Origin: Clostridiales bacterium
GTDB taxonomy: Bacteria; Bacillota; Clostridia; Oscillospirales; Feifaniaceae
Direction of reading: 5' to 3'
DNA length: 29,484 nt
Assembly: GCA_012719075.1 (NCBI GenBank)
Contig: JAAYBB010000067.1
Coordinates: 1-29,484 of the forward strand
The number at the start of each line of letters is the position of its first letter. Positions within the stretch are counted from its first letter, which is position 1. Below, one piece after another: positions 26,494 through 29,484 of this stretch. The position numbers and the translations under genes are program-made. A model generated the notes under the pieces. It had not been told where the DNA came from. It worked only from the letters and a program-made list of their open reading frames with translations, and did no database searches.

Positions 26494-26621
26494 GCGCCGC
26501 CGTTCCCGGCCGCGCCGGGGCCTGAGCCTTGTAGCCCGCGCCGCCGGTCCTGACCCCCGCCGAACCCGGACCCTTGCAACCCTGCGCCGCCGTTCCCGGC
26601 CGCGCCGAGGCCTGAACCTTG
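26494..26621. repeat. Direct repeat pair C (38 nt, 36/38 identical, 90-nt offset)
   Basis: GCGCCGCCGTTCCCGGCCGCGCCGGGGCCTGAGCCTTG at 26494-26531 and GCGCCGCCGTTCCCGGCCGCGCCGAGGCCTGAACCTTG at 26584-26621. Confidence 0.9.
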
Positions 26622-27003
26622 CGTTCCCGCGCCCCTCGTCCCGCCCTGCGAACGCCAAAGGCGTGCGGATTCCCCGGTCCCCGCCCCTGCAAAACTCAAA
26701 ATAGGTGGGCCCATCCGGCGCGCCCCGCCGTTTTGGGTTCGACCTGCGCAGGTCCGCCATTCCCGCGCAGTTGACACGAGCGCCGCTTTTTCCGCCCGCC
26801 CGGCGGGAAAGCGGCCTTTTTCGCCAGCCCGAATGCATCCCGCGCGCCGCGCGGTGACAGGCGTTCGCGCGCACAAAAAGGGCTTGTCTGCGGCGGCGCC
26901 CCCGCAACTGATTAAAAAACGGCAAAGCAGCATATATTATGAACAGCTGTCACGGCGCGCATCGCGCCATCCAAAAATTGAGATCAGAGGCTTTGGGGGT
27001 ACT

Positions 27004-29484
27004 ATGGACAACAAATTTACCGAAAAGGCGGTCGGCGCCCTCAACCAGGGGCTGGAGTTTGCGCGGGTGCTGGGGCACAGCTTTGTCGGCACCCAGCACC
27101 TGCTGTACGGGCTGGCGGCCGAGCCGGGCGGACTGGCCAAGCGCCTGCTGCTGGGCGAGGGCGTCACCATCGAGGGGGTACAGACGCTGCTGGAGCGGCA
27201 GGACGGCCGCGGCGGCCGCACCAACCTCTCGCCGGCCGACCTCACGCCCCGCTGCAAGCGGGTGATCGAGACCGCCTATGCCATCTCGGGCTCCTTCAAC
27301 CACGGACATGTCGGCACCGAGCACCTGCTGCTGGCGCTGCTGAGCGAAAAGGACTCGGCCGCCTGCGTGCTGCTGCAGGAGCTGGGTGCCGACCTGCGCC
27401 GCCTGAGCGAGGACGTCTACGCCGCGCTGGGGCAGTACAACGCCGGCGAGGTCGACGCGCCGCCCAGCGGCGGCAGCCCCAAGACGCCCACGCTCAACCA
27501 GTTTTCGCGGGACTTGACCGAGCTGGCGCGGCAGAGCAAGACCGACCCCGTGATCGGCCGCGAAAAGGAGACCGACCGCGTGATCCAGATCCTCTCGCGC
27601 CGGCAGAAGAACAACCCCTGCCTGATCGGCGAGCCGGGTGTGGGCAAGACCGCGGTGGTGGAGGGGCTGGCCCAGCGCATCCTGCTGGGCAGCGTGCCCG
27701 AGACGCTGCGCGGCAAGCGGGTGGTGTCGCTGGATCTGTCCAGCATGATCGCCGGGGCCAAGTACCGCGGCGAGTTTGAAGAGCGCCTCAAGACGGCGCT
27801 CGAGGAGGTGCGCCGGGCCGGCGACGTGGTGCTGTTCATCGACGAGGTGCACACGCTGATCGGCGCCGGCGCGGCCGAGGGGGCGGTGGACGCCGCCAAC
27901 ATCTTAAAGCCGCTGCTGGCCCGCGGCGAGCTGCAGGTCATCGGCGCGACGACGCTGGACGAGTACCGCCGCCACATCGAGCGGGACGCCGCGCTGGAGC
28001 GGCGCTTTCAGCCGGTCATGGTGGGCGAGCCCAGCGAGGAGCAGGCCCTGAGCATCCTGCGCGGCCTGCGCGACCGCTACGAGTCGCACCACAGCGTCGA
28101 GATCACCGACGCCGCGCTGCGCGCGGCCGTCGAGCTGTCCTCGCGGTATATCAGCGACCGCTTTTTGCCCGACAAGGCCATCGACCTGATCGACGAGGCG
28201 GCCTCCCGCACCCGGCTGTCCCGCATGACGGCGCCCTCCGATCTGCGCGGCCTGGAGCAGGACCTCAAAAAGCTGCAGCACGAGAAGCAGTCGGCCGTCG
28301 CGGCGCAGGAGTTTGAGCGCGCGGCCTCGCTGCGCGACCGCGAGCGCCGGCGCTCGGCCGAGCTGCAGGACCGGCGGCAGCTCTGGGAGCGCCGCAGCGG
28401 CCGTTACGGCACCGTGGGGGTGCAGGAGGTGGCCGAGGTGGTGTCGGGCTGGACCGGCATTCCGGCCGGCCGGCTGCAGGAGGGCGAGGCGGGCCGGTTG
28501 CTCAACCTCGAAGAGGTGCTCCACCGGCGGGTGGTGGGGCAGCAGGAGGCCGTGGAGGCGGTGGTGCGCGCGGTGCGCCGCGGCCGCGTCGGCCTCAAGG
28601 ACCCCAACCGGCCGGTGGGCTCCTTCCTGTTCCTCGGGCCGACCGGCGTCGGCAAGACCGAGCTCAGCAAGGCGCTGGCCGAGGCGGTGTTCGGCAGCGA
28701 GGAGGCCATGATCCGCCTCGACATGTCCGAGTATATGGAAAAGCACACGGTCTCGCGGCTGGTGGGCTCGCCGCCCGGCTACGTCGGCTACGACGAGGGG
28801 GGCCAGCTGACCGAAAAGGTGCGCCGCCGCCCCTACGCCGTGGTACTGTTTGACGAGCTTGAAAAGGCCCACCCCGACGTGTGGAACATCCTGCTGCAAA
28901 TCCTCGAGGAGGGGCATCTGACCGACGCGCAGGGCCGCAAGGTCAACTTCCGGCACACCATCCTGATCATGACCTCCAACATCGGGGCGCGGCGCCTGAC
29001 CGAGGGCAGCCGCATCGTCGGCTTTGACCAGAGCGGCCAGTCGTCCGAGGAGAAGCTCAAGCAGCTGCTGCTCGAGGAGCTCAAAAAGACGCTGAGCCCC
29101 GAGCTGCTCAACCGCGTGGACGAGGTCGTGGTTTTCCGCAAGCTCTCGGAGGAGGAGCTGCGGCAGGTGGCCGGCATCCTGTGCGAACGGGTGCGGGAGC
29201 GGCTGGCCAAGCTGGGCATCGTGCTGCGGGTGGAGGAGTCGGCGCTGCAGGCGCTGATCGAGACCGGCGCCGACGCCGCCTACGGCGCGCGGCCGCTGCG
29301 CCGGGCCGTGGTGTCGCAGATCGAGGACGCGCTGGCGCAGCAGATCCTGGAGGGCAGCCTCTCGGCCGGCGACCGCGTCGTGGCCGTCGGCGTCGAGGGC
29401 GGCATCCGGTTCCAGAGCGAGGTGGACCGCCGGTTCAGCGTCGACGGCGCCGACAATCGCGCCGGACAGCCCGGCGGCGCGTAG
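27004..29484 (+). CDS. clpC: ATP-dependent Clp protease ATP-binding subunit ClpC (class I AAA+ unfoldase)
   Basis: 826 aa from ATG 27004 (the ORF track extends to 26833); the TAG stop is the last codon of the window. It has Clp_N repeats, Walker A motifs GEPGVGKT and GPTGVGKTE, a UVR-like linker ([31 protein letters not shown]) and a ClpP-docking VGF loop. Confidence 0.95.
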   Translation: MDNKFTEKAVGALNQGLEFARVLGHSFVGTQHLLYGLAAEPGGLAKRLLLGEGVTIEGVQTLLERQDGRGGRTNLSPADLTPRCKRVIETAYAISGSFNHGHVGTEHLLLALLSEKDSAACVLLQELGADLRRLSEDVYAALGQYNAGEVDAPPSGGSPKTPTLNQFSRDLTELARQSKTDPVIGREKETDRVIQILSRRQKNNPCLIGEPGVGKTAVVEGLAQRILLGSVPETLRGKRVVSLDLSSMIAGAKYRGEFEERLKTALEEVRRAGDVVLFIDEVHTLIGAGAAEGAVDAANILKPLLARGELQVIGATTLDEYRRHIERDAALERRFQPVMVGEPSEEQALSILRGLRDRYESHHSVEITDAALRAAVELSSRYISDRFLPDKAIDLIDEAASRTRLSRMTAPSDLRGLEQDLKKLQHEKQSAVAAQEFERAASLRDRERRRSAELQDRRQLWERRSGRYGTVGVQEVAEVVSGWTGIPAGRLQEGEAGRLLNLEEVLHRRVVGQQEAVEAVVRAVRRGRVGLKDPNRPVGSFLFLGPTGVGKTELSKALAEAVFGSEEAMIRLDMSEYMEKHTVSRLVGSPPGYVGYDEGGQLTEKVRRRPYAVVLFDELEKAHPDVWNILLQILEEGHLTDAQGRKVNFRHTILIMTSNIGARRLTEGSRIVGFDQSGQSSEEKLKQLLLEELKKTLSPELLNRVDEVVVFRKLSEEELRQVAGILCERVRERLAKLGIVLRVEESALQALIETGADAAYGARPLRRAVVSQIEDALAQQILEGSLSAGDRVVAVGVEGGIRFQSEVDRRFSVDGADNRAGQPGGA

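Noticed and set aside
25770-26621. Possible degenerate CRISPR array, given 25-38-nt direct repeats at regular 63-90-nt offsets.
   Set aside because: Each repeat family has only two copies, the families are unrelated to each other, the repeats are imperfect, and no cas genes or leader are present.

Overview
GC-rich window (about two-thirds G+C by eye; third codon positions are almost all G/C) covering a Firmicutes/Clostridia-style chromosomal replication origin. The minus strand carries dnaA-dnaN-yaaA(S4)-recF-remB(DUF370)-gyrB-gyrA, then secG, gpsA and an ATP-grasp gene. The plus strand carries polA-rimI-tsaD, a DUF4430/membrane-protein pair, an alpha/beta hydrolase and clpC. Beyond dnaA lie a lemA-DUF2207 pair and a TolC-like gene coupled to a small membrane-anchored winged-helix-like gene. 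A partial amino-acid ABC substrate-binding gene sits at the left edge. I saw no tRNA, rRNA, CRISPR array, transposase or phage gene. The coding content is ordinary housekeeping; the unusual material is non-coding. (1) The ABC-transporter leader looks like a complete His-codon leader-peptide attenuator: HHHH peptide, mutually exclusive 1:2, 2:3 and 3:4 helices, and an intrinsic terminator. (2) The dnaA-dnaN spacer has the layout of a basal unwinding system: DnaA boxes, a GC cluster, (TAG)5 DnaA-trios, then an AT-rich tract. (3) A second DnaA-box cluster with two perfect boxes lies just after tsaD, 12.4 kb from oriC. (4) Several long (0.4-1.3 kb) GC-rich, hairpin- and repeat-dense spacers follow consensus-like promoters. 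These include a 514-bp spacer splitting gyrB from gyrA, a 15-bp-periodic GGCAGGC heptamer array upstream of lemA, and an inverted-repeat-flanked module upstream of clpC. All calls come from reading the sequence by eye; no database or folding software was used.
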